DNA from: a virus
DNA length: 64,000 bases
IMG/VR virus record: IMGVR_UViG_3300025705_000581
Reading direction: 5' to 3' (one strand)
The position numbers and the translations under genes are program-made. The notes under the pieces were generated by a model that saw only the letters and a list, made by a program, of their open reading frames with translations, made no database searches and was not told the DNA's origin. Below, piece by piece: positions 38,201-49,400 of the stretch (its first letter is position 1; every line of letters starts with the position of its first letter).

Positions 38201-39947
38201 GAACACCTTGGTTACCTTTATCACCGTATGGGATAAAATCAATAATTGCAGTATCACCAAATGATGCTACCGCACCTGTATTCCAACTTGTACCTGGTGA
38301 AATATCAGTTCCACCCAAAGTACTTCGGTCAACATAGGTAATATCAAAGTGTCCCCAGTCAGTTGGACCTGAGTCCCAAGTCCAATTCGTGAAGTTATAG
38401 ATTAGGAATTCGTAATTACCGTTTCCTACATTCTTTGGTGTTCTAATAAAGATAGAACCTTTTGGAACACTTGTAAGTGTTTGAAGGAAATCAAACAATC
38501 CATCTACTCGGCGACCTGTATGCGTGAGGTCATCAATATACAACTTATCAGCTTGAGTAACATCAGCGTTATTAAGTAACCAACCGTTTAATCCCGGAAA
38601 ACCTTCAGTTGTTGATGAATTGAAATCCCACTCAAATGTTAGACCACCACTATAACCGATTTCACCTTGTGCTCCATATCTACCTTGAACACCTTGGTAA
38701 CCTTGTGTACCCTGCATCCCTTGCGGACCTTGTAAACCTTGTGCTCCTTGAAACCCGGTAAATCCTTGAAACCCAGTTGTACCTTGGAAACCTTGAACAC
38801 CTCGGTCACCTGATTGACTAAATGCTACAACACAAGGATCAGAAATATAAGTTCCTGGGTTACCTGAGTCTTCATAAACGAAATCTTCTTTGTCACCATT
38901 ACCACTTACGTAAGAAGCAGTAAGTGTCCAATAAGAACCAACCTCAGTCATACCTGTGATTGCAAATATAGCATATGTAGATGGAGTGTCACGCAAAGTA
39001 ACTTTCATATACGCCTTAGTAGCTGAGGAAGCTTGATTAATTGCAGTAAACAATGCTTCTAGGCTAATATTAAATGAGTCATTTTCACTCATCCAAATTG
39101 TACTTACACCAGTAAGAGCACCTGTATCACCAGCTGGGCTATTGAATACCATAAATCCACTTGCTGGCGCAGGCGAGTTTGACGTTAGATGCGAAACATT
39201 ATATTGAACAATATTTCCCGAGTCGGTACCGTTAAAGCCTTGAGTACCTTGGAAACCAAGATCACCTTGGATACCTGTTGTACCTTGAATTGACTGCGGT
39301 CCTTGAACACCTTGTGGACCTTGGACTCCTTGTAATCCTTGCGGACCTTGAACGCCTTGGTCACCTTGCAACCCTTGTGGTCCTTGAACACCTTGCAATC
39401 CTTGGACGCCTTGTGTGCCTTGATAACCTTGTGCACCTTGGAAACCACGATAACCGCGTGATCCTTGAATACCTTCTTGTCCTTGGTCGCCTTGTAAACC
39501 TTGGTCACCTTGAACACCTTGGAAACCCTGAACACCACGGAATGAGCCAATGTTAACCCAATTCGTTCCGTCCCAAATCCAAAGTTCATCATCTGCTTCG
39601 TCAATTACACCTTCACCGATATTTGGTGTTGGGAATGCTGTAGTAAGTGTTAGTTGTGGATTACCGCCTGCATCTACATCAGCAACTGATCCTAAGATTG
39701 TAAACCCTGGACCGTAATCACCTTGAATACCTACGTCACCTTGAATACCAGTAAATCCTGTAGTACCTTGTGGTCCTGTACCCATATCTTGCCATACAGT
39801 ACCATTTGAATACTTCATTGTGCCGTTGTCGGCATATACAATAGATCCTTCAAACGGTGCTGGATCTAACCCTATCGGAAATGCTTGTGGAATACCATGA
39901 CCGAGGGTAACGGTCCTAGCTCGCATTGACTTGAACCTAGTCGACAT
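35202..39947 (-). CDS. Collagen-like (Gly-X-Gln) virion fibre with globular inserts, a cupredoxin-like domain and a C-terminal S74 chaperone
   Basis: 1581 aa; long G-X-Q triplet runs; three related globular domains; GHPF...YQCSIHSGM domain; C-term QSDVRTKTNI...GVIAQEVEEILPEVI...VAYGNIVGLLIEAIK. Confidence 0.88.
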   Translation of the reverse strand: MSTRFKSMRARTVTLGHGIPQAFPIGLDPAPFEGSIVYADNGTMKYSNGTVWQDMGTGPQGTTGFTGIQGDVGIQGDYGPGFTILGSVADVDAGGNPQLTLTTAFPTPNIGEGVIDEADDELWIWDGTNWVNIGSFRGVQGFQGVQGDQGLQGDQGQEGIQGSRGYRGFQGAQGYQGTQGVQGLQGVQGPQGLQGDQGVQGPQGLQGVQGPQGVQGPQSIQGTTGIQGDLGFQGTQGFNGTDSGNIVQYNVSHLTSNSPAPASGFMVFNSPAGDTGALTGVSTIWMSENDSFNISLEALFTAINQASSATKAYMKVTLRDTPSTYAIFAITGMTEVGSYWTLTASYVSGNGDKEDFVYEDSGNPGTYISDPCVVAFSQSGDRGVQGFQGTTGFQGFTGFQGAQGLQGPQGMQGTQGYQGVQGRYGAQGEIGYSGGLTFEWDFNSSTTEGFPGLNGWLLNNADVTQADKLYIDDLTHTGRRVDGLFDFLQTLTSVPKGSIFIRTPKNVGNGNYEFLIYNFTNWTWDSGPTDWGHFDITYVDRSTLGGTDISPGTSWNTGAVASFGDTAIIDFIPYGDKGNQGVQGPQGTIGIQGFTGFQGTQGFQGAQGTQGIQGTQGWQGTQGFQGTLGIQGDEGSQGTQGFQGAQGTQGFQGDQGTQGFQGFQGVQGMEGGREFVVTNTGSTSYEVDGVTQPNLHLLRGFTYTFDLNVSGHPFKIRTGAGGSDYTNGITIVGNDETGRLIFRVPFNAPATLVYQCSIHSGMIGNIFTSEVGPQGTQGLQGDQGVQGPQGLQGVQGPQGTQGWQGTQGWQGTQGDLGNQGTQGPQSIQGTTGIQGDLGPAGEFGGMTLDYTFSTATDTSDPGVGLLKFNAANIAAATEMRIDDRDDTFTDVQAFLRTTDEPTSAVKGFFRVIDGTTTSNYVAFRINDVIERSGYFEYDCTFLTGSVTSFGNNSDVRITFARTGDQGEQGLQGAQGTQGPQGTQGFTGAVGLQGIQGPQGLQGDAGEEGAQGTAGDGNQGAQGPQGPQGTTGQDGATGGDGFQGTQGLQGTQGFQGDLGFQGFQGAGGVGSAGSQGTQGAQGLQGDQGVQGEVGPAGFGAQGIQGTQGFTGAQGETGTGIQGTQGIQGIGAQGTFGGDGPQGIQGVQGNQGFGIQGTQGFQGVDGQGADGTQGAQGYQGVQGISGEEGQGGLQGTQGIIGDDGIQGPGGEGNQGIQGIQGGPGIQGEGGGGGSQGIQGYQGIQSVQGPQGLSGGGGTQGMQGVQGGPGDDGLQGFTGAGTQGVQGVQGFQGGPGPQGIQGVGQDGIQGNQGPQGPQGIIGADGVQGMQGIQGDADAQAIETNDLYGTALQGSPLFLTMTQAGGGAQPLYATLSPNPGGDSNFFYTGTNDELTVENLNVDGNLVVTGTLNGGSGDFLEASVSDVKTGGELRFQNDLQLAFGSSIGGAFAYASADAEVTLNMDTGIDYTIRDNGTLRFTFAMGTGNFTSTGDINAQSDVRTKTNIETITNALNKVLSMRGVTYERKAALGKVKLGVIAQEVEEILPEVINTTDDGMKAVAYGNIVGLLIEAIKDLKEEVDNLNQ
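37510..37557. repeat. 18-bp exact tandem repeat (about 2.7 units) in the collagen gene
   Basis: tgagtaccttgccagccc twice plus a partial third; encodes QGTQGW units. Confidence 0.85.
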
Positions 39948-40392
39948 CGTATTCCTCCGCTTGGCCTAACGTGAATGATAGGGTTGCATCTAATGTTGTG
40001 TTAGCACTTGATTTAACTTCTAACGTATCACCCGAGGCAAAGAATTGACCATTAAGTGGTATTGGTATTGTATCGTATCCAGGTACAGGCATTTGTCGCA
40101 CGAGATAATATTCTGCGTTTTCAACAAAACGATAAACTTTAACATCAACACTTGCTGTTGTATTAGTTTTGTTGGCAATAATGAGTGGGGAAATAACCTC
40201 ACCTACTCCTGGCTCAATTGTTGTTGAACCACCAAATACAAGTTCAGGTACTTTAAATTGAGGTACCGTAATAACTTCTTGCCAATTCGTAGATAGTTCT
40301 AAATTTTTACCGACGGGCAATGCGTCAGGTGCTTGAGTAGTCACAACAATTGTGATACCAGTGTTTGAGTCGACGTATGATTCTACTGCCAT
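39937..40392 (-). CDS. Hypothetical beta-sandwich virion protein
   Basis: 151 aa; PLIIANKTNTTASVDV...GDTLEVKS; between the giant protein and the collagen fibre, overlapping the latter's start. Confidence 0.6.
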   Translation of the reverse strand: MAVESYVDSNTGITIVVTTQAPDALPVGKNLELSTNWQEVITVPQFKVPELVFGGSTTIEPGVGEVISPLIIANKTNTTASVDVKVYRFVENAEYYLVRQMPVPGYDTIPIPLNGQFFASGDTLEVKSSANTTLDATLSFTLGQAEEYDVD

Positions 40393-40405
40393 TTTTATAT
40401 TTCCT

Positions 40406-43400
40406 TTATACTACAGCTCGGCTGTTAGATGCTCGTCTTGCAAGTTTACGAACCGATGATGTAAACGGACGGCCTTCAATTCGACCTGTTCTACCGTTAA
40501 TTCTCAATCCTCTTGCAAAGTATTGGTTGTTAAGTTCGTCTGCACCTGACCAACGAACCCTGCCGCCATCTTCTGACAGTACAGATGCAATAGCAGAGAT
40601 CGGCAAGCCGAGGTTTCTAAAGTTAATTGGAAGCGCATTTCTGTTAACACCTGCCGAAGCACCATTAAACTGGTGAGCAATTGATTCAACAAGTGAACCA
40701 AAGGTCAATACACTCGGTCTTAGGACAGACGCACGAAGAACATCATCAAACAAACCATCAATCATTGCGTCGTGGTTTATATCAGGTGTGTAATTCGTTT
40801 TAATAAATGTTTTCATTCTTGTCCATGCCTGATAGAATGATACAAGTAGATCCACGTTATTTGCTCCATCTGTTTGCCATGCTGTTCCGTCCCAATAGTA
40901 AATAGTACCGTCATACCTATTTCCGGCATAATCCGTTGATACTATATATGCGTGATTTGGTTTTTGTCCAGTGACATTACCAAGTGCGCCCAATCCGTTC
41001 AGTGTACCTTGGAAACTTAATCCTGGTGTTGTTGGATTGAATACTGGGAACACGTGCTTACCATTGTAATCGAAGAATGCTGCTGCATATGTTCTCGTGG
41101 ATGTTTGACTTCCATCTTGATTTGTGACAACATTTTGGAATTTAAAGTCATTTGCCAATGATTGTAACAAGTTAGTTGCGTCACGGCGAGTCAAGTTAAT
41201 GTCGAAGAATTTATAATTCTGTCCAACAAATCTTACAGTCTCAACAGACAATTTCTTTCTGTTGGCTTTAAGGATTTCTCGAGCAAATTTAAACACTTTA
41301 TTATCTTCCCATTCAAAGTCAGGTAGGATTGTTGGTCCAAAGTCTTTTTCATCTTTGTTTAGGAACGAGCGATAATAGATATCGGCAAGGTCATAAACGT
41401 GTTGTGCTTCAACTGCTGTTGTTGACTCACCTTTAATAGAAACACCTGGTAGTGTTTCAAGAAGTGCGTCACGAGCAATCTCACCTAATTTACGGTATGC
41501 TTTTGCAGTTGGCACACGTTGATCTTCTGGGATACGATATACGTTGTTCCAGAAGTAGAATGCCGCATTCCATTTAGAAGCAGATGTTCCACCGTAGTTT
41601 AGGTCATATGCAAATGCGTCAACAAGATATCCTGCATCTCGGCGACACTTAACTTTGTTATAATCCAATACATTATAAGTAGTATTTATCCAATTTGTTA
41701 CATCGTCTGCGAGGATATCCAAATTATCATCAATTTCTTTACCCGCCCAAACAAGGCTGTTATCAATCCATGAAGTATCAGGTTCAATGATTTCAGGTAT
41801 ACCGTCAATGCTATCACGGCGGATTGCATCTTCAATAATACGGATCATATCGGCAACATATTCACCTTCAACCGCAGTTGCTGGTGCACCTGATATATCT
41901 TGTGCTTGTCTTGTAACAATTGCTTTTCTGATTGCACCTTCTGTTGCTGATACAAATGTATGAGCTTTATCAACACCTGCCGGTCCGGCATTCATTGTAA
42001 TTGTGGTACCGTCAACAAATTCAACTCTACATGGTTTACCATCTGCCCATTCATCACCGCCAACACGTGGGTGTGAAATATTAATTGGTGTAGGATCAAC
42101 GTCTGATGTTGGGCAAGAGAATGTAATGCCCAAGTTATCAAATGTTACGAAGTCACCTGCTTCAATGTTATGAGAACCGATTGTTGCTGTCATCATACCA
42201 GTAAGTGGATCATAATCTACACCTGTTGGAGTGTAACCGTAATTGGTTGGTGTTTGCTCCTGAACAACTGCTGATACTAAATCTGCCATTACAGTATATA
42301 GATCTGCGGTTTGCTGACGTTGGTCATATGGCAGTACGCTTGTTGCATTTCTAAAGTAGAACTGTGCAGATTGTACCGATGCAAAGTTGGTTGTGTAGTT
42401 AACGTCATGCGATATAGCATCTACAAGGATACCAATGTCACGGCGACATTTCTGTTTCGGATAACTAATACCATTCCAATTGTTTGTGATATAATTAATA
42501 ACCGATGTTGCAAGAGCAGGAATTGAATCTTCAATTGCTTCTTTTGCTGTGATAAGATCAGATTGGATCCAATTTGTAAATGGTGGAACCTCTAATGGAA
42601 TACCTTTCTCATCATTATCATCTGCAATATTTGCAACAATCCATGCCAAGTTTTTAGCTTCGGTTGCAATTGTTCTTCTTGCTGCAAGATGAGATGTATC
42701 TTGTTTGATAAGGTTTCCTGTTACTTGTGAAACCGCATTTGGTAATGCTGATACGAATGTATGAGCACCACCTGCAGCAGGACCAACATTAACAGTAATA
42801 GTTGTTGATGATGTTGCAAGTACAGGAATTGCACGGAGGTATGCAGGATGGTGCGGTTGTGGTGCCGCGTGGTTTGTTGTGTTTCCATCCATGTCACAAG
42901 TAAATGTCATACCATCCTCAGTTAGCATAACATGGTCATTAGTTGTTAACTCATGCTGACCAATTGTGATTACAATTTCACCAGTTACGTTATCGTATGC
43001 TGCAGTTGTTGGTGTATATTTTGCACCAAATTCAACAGGTACCAATTCATTTCTTGTTACGTGCTCAACGATTTCACCGAGGCGAGTAAATGCCATTCTT
43101 GTTGCATCACGTTGATCTGTTGGTAATAGGTTAACTGCATTTTTGAAATACAATCCTGCGGCATTTACCATTGCTGAATTACCACCGTATTGAATATCGT
43201 GGCAAATTGCATCAAGGATATAACCTGTATCACGGAAACAACGGTCACGGTCATACTCGAGGTAGTTGAATGTTGTTTTTAGATAATCAGTAATTGTTGA
43301 TTGTAATGCGTCTTTTCTTGAACCAATCAATGCTGCTTCAGTTTCATAACCGTAAGATGCAGCACCAACTGCTCCTGCGAATACTTCAATATCATCTGGC

Positions 43401-46400
43401 ATATCAACCAATGAGTCGGCAGCAATTACAGTTGCAATAATTTCCCAAAGATCTTGCATATCATTTCCGATTGCCGCAGCAACAGGACCGAATACTTTAT
43501 TTTGGATTACAGTGTTACCTGCTGATGGTGTAACATCAATCTTAAGGATCAAGCTGCGAGAAACATCACCGAGGTGTGTATATAATGCAGCAGTAGGTGC
43601 ACGTTGATCTGCGGACAATGTTGATAGTCCGTTTTCAAAGTACAATTTAGCAACATCAAGCATAGCAGTATTAGTTACGTGCTGAATGTCATATGATGCA
43701 GCATCAGCCATGATACCGGTATCTCTTTCACATTTAGCAGTATCGTATACCAATGATGGGTAATTAACTGCAACCCATGCTGTTGCTTCAGCCTGTAAGA
43801 ATGCGCGGTTCAATTGTAATGCTTGTCTTGCATTTATATTATTTGACCCACGGTTTCCTGTACCGTAATCATAGTTTGTACCGTCAGGTGTGTAATCGTT
43901 TACCATTGCGGTAATAATATTACTGAAGGAATTCTGAGCTCTTTCTAATGCCACACCAGTCAATCTTGACTCAATGTCTTTTTGTATATATTGAATTCCT
44001 TCAATTGTTTCGGCAAGTTGGTCTTCGATAACCTTATCAGCGCCTACAGTACCAATGCGGTACGATTTGCCTACGTACTTACCATTATAGTTTGAACCTG
44101 TTTGAACATCTCTTCTAACTGCGTCAAGGATAAATCCTGCATCACGAGCGCATTTGTTTTCATCAAATGTATAGAATTCGTCATCAATATAGTTAACGAT
44201 TTCATTTTGAATAAACTCACGGTTCATGGCAAGTGATTGTCTTGCGTATGTTCTTGATGGTTCCATCAATGGTGATGATGTAACCGCAGGTATTTTGCTA
44301 GGTGAGAAATCATCAACTGTTTGTGCGATAATTTCAACAAGATTATGGGCACGAGAACCAGTTGCAACATCCGCCGCTGGGATAGATGTTGTATCTTGTA
44401 CTCTTACATTACCTGTTGTCGCTGTTACAGTGATAGCACGAGAAACTTCATCAATAACATCAGCAAGGTGTTGATATGCTAATCTTGTCGGTCCTCTTTG
44501 CTCAGGTGGTAATGTATTAACTGCACCAAGGAAGTAATAATTTGCAGAATGTACTGTCGCGGCATCTCCGCCGTATTCCAAATCTTCGGTGATTGCGTCA
44601 ACAATGTAACCAATATCACGGTAACATTTAGCTTCGTTATATGCAAGACCTGAATATGTCACAGCAATCAGATCAATGATTTCTGTTTGATATTTTGGTT
44701 TTGATCCACCAATCAATCTTGCTTCTGATATGATTGTTGTGCCATATGCCGATGTTGGTTTTGGCTCAATAACTGTAGGAACAGTGCCATCGTTATTTCT
44801 GATTGTTTGGCCTACACCATCAAACAGATTAACTACTGAACTTGATACCGTCGGTGCAAGTGATCTTCTAATACCGTTTGCTGTCGCTGATACAAAAGTA
44901 TGTACCTTATCAACCTTAGCGTCACCGACCTGCATTGTAATAGTTGTTGCAGTTACAGCATCAATTCTAACTGGTTTGTTAAAGATTGGATCAGTTGGGC
45001 GTGGGTGTGAGATATTAATTGGTGTTGCATCAGTTGGTGATGTTGGGCAAGATAGTGTGATTGCGTTCTCATCAAAGATAACATAATCGCCAACACTAAA
45101 TCTGTGTCTATCACCAAGAGTAACTTCCATTACACCTGTCATATGAGCATATGCAACATTAGTTGCTGTATATGCCTCGGCAACATTTGCTCGGCGGATA
45201 CAATCAGCATCAGCAGATACGAATGTGTGAGCACCAGTATAACCATTTGCTGCACCGGCATTTACAGTAATTGTAGTTGCATCGGCAGCAGTAATGATAT
45301 ATTGTTTACGTAGGTTAGGATCCGCAGCATTTGGATGTGAGTCTGTTCCACCGCCACCGAAGCCACAGCTGAATGTGATTGATTCAGGATCAATTGTAAT
45401 TCTATCACCGACAACAAAATTATGAGTACCAATTGTTGTTACCATGATACCGGTAACAGGATCATAAGTTGCAGTTGTTGGTGTATAAGTATCTTCATCA
45501 GTTTTAACTTGTGTAACAACTCCTTGAAGATTATCAACGTCTTCACCGCGAACAATTTGACCTGCGATTTTAGCAATGTGGTCATATACTTCTGATGTTG
45601 GTACGATTTCATCATCTGCCAAAACAGGTAATGCATTTTCAAAATACAGTCTTGAATTATTTACAGTTGATGCAGTTGAACCGTGTTGGACATCCCAAGA
45701 AACAGTATCAACAAAGATACCAAGGTCACGCTCACAGGCAACAGCGTCATAAACAAATCCAGGATGGTTTGCTGTGATCCACGCAATTGCTTCTTTTTGG
45801 ATGAATGATTTATTAAGTTGTAGGATATGGCGTGCTGCAAACGCATCTTCTGATATTGATTGAATACCGAAGTCGATTACATCCGCGGCGGCATTACCGT
45901 TTGACATAATATCAATGATTTCATCAAATGCTGCATTAGAGCGAGCAATTGCTGTTGCATCAGTTAATACGTCAGTGTTAATTTTACCTTTGAGCCATGT
46001 AATAGCACCAACAGTTTCTGTTAATTGGTTATTAACAACATTGTTAGCACCTACAGTACCAATGCGATAACCCATACCTGTGTAAACTGCGTTATTGTTT
46101 GAACCTGTCAAAACGTCACGCATTACAGCGTTAAGGATATATCCTGTGTCGCGCATACATTTTTCTTTATCATAGATAAAGTAATTATCATTCAACCATG
46201 CAGTAATTTCTTCTTGAATAAAGGTTTTGTTTTTCTGCAATTGTCTTGCGGCATACTTACCTTTTTCAGATGAGCTTACTTTAATAATTGAACCTTCTTC
46301 AGCAGATACGAATGTATGAGTACCTGTATAACCACCCGCTGAGCCTGCATTGAATGTAATTGTAGTTGCATCCGCGGCGGTTACTTCTTGTGGGTGTTCG

Positions 46401-49400
46401 TACATCGGCTCACCGATACGTGGGTGATAGTCTGTTCCACCGCCATTAAATCCACAACTAAATGCGAAACTCAACGGTTTTGTTTGAACATTATCGCCTA
46501 CTTCAATATCGTGTCCGGGGATTGTTACAACCATGTCACCTGTGTTAGGATTATATGTTGCGTCGGTTGGTGTGTAAGCTTTAACAAATTTTGCTGGGTC
46601 AGTAAAGTACAATGCGTGCCCATCAATACAATCTTTTGTTGCCGATACGAATGTGTGCGTATTAGCATGCCCGTTAGCATTACCAACATTAACAGTAAAT
46701 GTTGTTGAAGTTGTTTCTGTAATTCTTACAGGCTGATTATATGCTGGGTGACCTGGTAATGGTGCAGGATCTGTTCCTACAACACCGCCAACATCACAAC
46801 TGAATACGATTGACTCAGGAGCAATTGAAATCCATTGTCCTACAGGCAAATCATGCTGACCAATTGTTACAACCATTTCACCGTTTACAGGATCATATGT
46901 TGCATCTTGTGGTGTATATTTTCCTGTCCACATGCCATCTTCACGAATAGCATTTGTTGTTGCTGATACGAATGTATGAGCAGAAGTATCTTGTGATTTA
47001 CCAACATTAACTGTAATAGTTGTTGCGGTTCTTGCACTGATTTCAACAGGGTTTTCGTATGCAGGATGCTGGCGTTCTGTTGTCAGACCATCGGCCAATG
47101 CTGATACGAATGTATGTACTCCGCCACCATCTTCAACTGCACCGACATTCATTTTTAAAACAAAACCGTCAACTTCATCAATTGTTACAGGCTTATTAAA
47201 GAATGGGTGATGTGACTCAGGCGCGGCATGCTCGGTTACGTTATCATCAAGCTCACAAGTAAATGTTACGGCACCTGGTTTGAATGTTACAGTATCGCCT
47301 GCTTTCAATTGGTTAGCAGAAATTGTAACCGTGAACTCACCAGTTGATGGAACGTATGTTGCGGTTGATGGTGTCCATGTTTCAAATGTTGTTGATGGAT
47401 ACGCATGCTGTGAAGTGTTCCCATCAAGAGCACAGGTAAATACCATGCTGTTCTTTTCAATGCGGATTTTATCACCTACGGCAAAATCGTGAGCACCGAT
47501 TGTAATTTCAACTACACCGGTTACAGGATTATACGCTGCATTAGTTGGTGTGTATTTTTTACCATTATTATTCAACAGTGCAACCATTTGGTCAAACGAT
47601 GTGTTAACTCTATCAACTGCAAGTGTGTTACCTGTTACTGTGTTTGCAGTTTCAGATTTCATATGGTTGATTGAAGCAACAGTTTGCTCAAGTTGTTTTG
47701 TAACACTTACTTCGCCTGATTTAGAACGGTAAGCAATACCTGTTTGATATGCGTTAAAGTTTGTACCTAACAACAAATCTCTTTGAACGGCAGGCATGAT
47801 ATATTCTTTAGTATCTCTTTCACACTTTTTGCTGTCATAGAAATACCATTGATTTTCTGCCCATCCTTCCATGTAATCCTGGATGAATTCTTTGTTTGCT
47901 TGCAATTGCTTACGAGCATTACGTTTATCAGCAGGGATACCAGCATCATCAGAGAATGTTAATGCTTCACCTAATACGGATACAGATGATGGTTTTGCCG
48001 ATACGAATGTATGAGCAAAGTTAGCACCTGTTGTGCCTGCATTGATTGTAATAGTCTTTGCTGAAACTTCATCAATTGGTATAGCACGGCGGTAGTTAAA
48101 TGTATCACTCTTACGTGGGTGAGAGATTTCTAACTTGTTACCATCACTATCACAAGTGAATGTAAATGCTTCATCAGCAATTGTTACGAACTGACCTTTT
48201 TGCAAAGTATGGGCACCGATTGTGATAACCATTCTTCCTGTATCAGGTTCGTATGTTGCTTTTGTTGGGTTGAATTTTTCAGTTCTTGTATTATCAAGAA
48301 TATCAATAATTGTGCTCATTCTATCGTATGATCTTTCTGCCATGATTGCAGAGTTTGCTTCGACAAGATCATCGGTAATTTTGCGTAATCTTTCAAATGA
48401 TCCAACAGTTTCTTCACGTTGATTTTCAACAACTGTTTGACCTTGTTTAGAATAATATGCCTGTCCTGCAACTACTGAGTTGTAGTTTGTATCAAGCAAT
48501 GAGTCCCACTTAACAGCAGGTAGAATATATTCTTGAATATCGCGGCGACATTTAGCACTATCGTATGAGAAGAATTCATCGTTATTATCAATCCATTCAA
48601 CCATTCCATCAATAATAAGTTCACGGTTGTCTTGGATGATTTCACGAGCAGCTGTTCTTGCAACATTACCTGTATCTGTAAAGAATAGGTCAGATGCATA
48701 TGACTCGCCATTCTCAAGAATGTTTAATGTCTCATCAAGTGAAACATTGGCACGAGTATTAACTGCTGCTTCTGAATTACTAAACAATCTGTTAATTTCT
48801 GATTTCAAATGTTCGTTGGCACCGAGAGTTTCAGTCAACTGCTCATTTTTAACAACATATGAAATTGGGCTTGAATAAGCAATGCCGTTTAATCGACCCC
48901 AATAGTTTGTATTGAGTGCAATGTCATATCCAACACTATCAATGATAATTCCTGTGTCTCGTTTACATTTTTCAGCGTCATAACCTTGATAACCCAAACC
49001 ACCTTGTGATATTGGTGTTGTCAAATAACCAACCATGTCTTCAATAATGTCTTGCTTATTATCCATAAGGGTATCGGCAAATACAGTGTTAGAGAATAGT
49101 AATGTGTCATCCATTTGAGATGGTGTAAACACTTGAGTTGAACCTTTAGCTCTCATCGAAATGTCACCAAACTGAGTACCTGAGTTGTTGAGGGTCATTT
49201 GACCGCCGTTCAGCGCATAGAATGCTGTACGAACAAAGATTGACAACGAACCAATACCGTTAACACCAGCACCGTCTCTTGCAACATAACCCATACCGTT
49301 TTGAGTACGTGGTGTGAAACCAAAACAAAGAACGTATGTAAATAATGAGTCAGGATCAAGTACACGACGGTCCGCGAGCATACACCCACCACCGCGACCA

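Noticed and set aside
35940-39545. CRISPR-like periodic repeats
   Set aside because: Short 9/18-bp coding periodicity without unique spacers; no array seen anywhere in the window
35876-39604. Many overlapping ORFs with KVFKV or TLNTL repeats
   Set aside because: Frame-shifted and antisense readings of the 9-bp collagen periodicity
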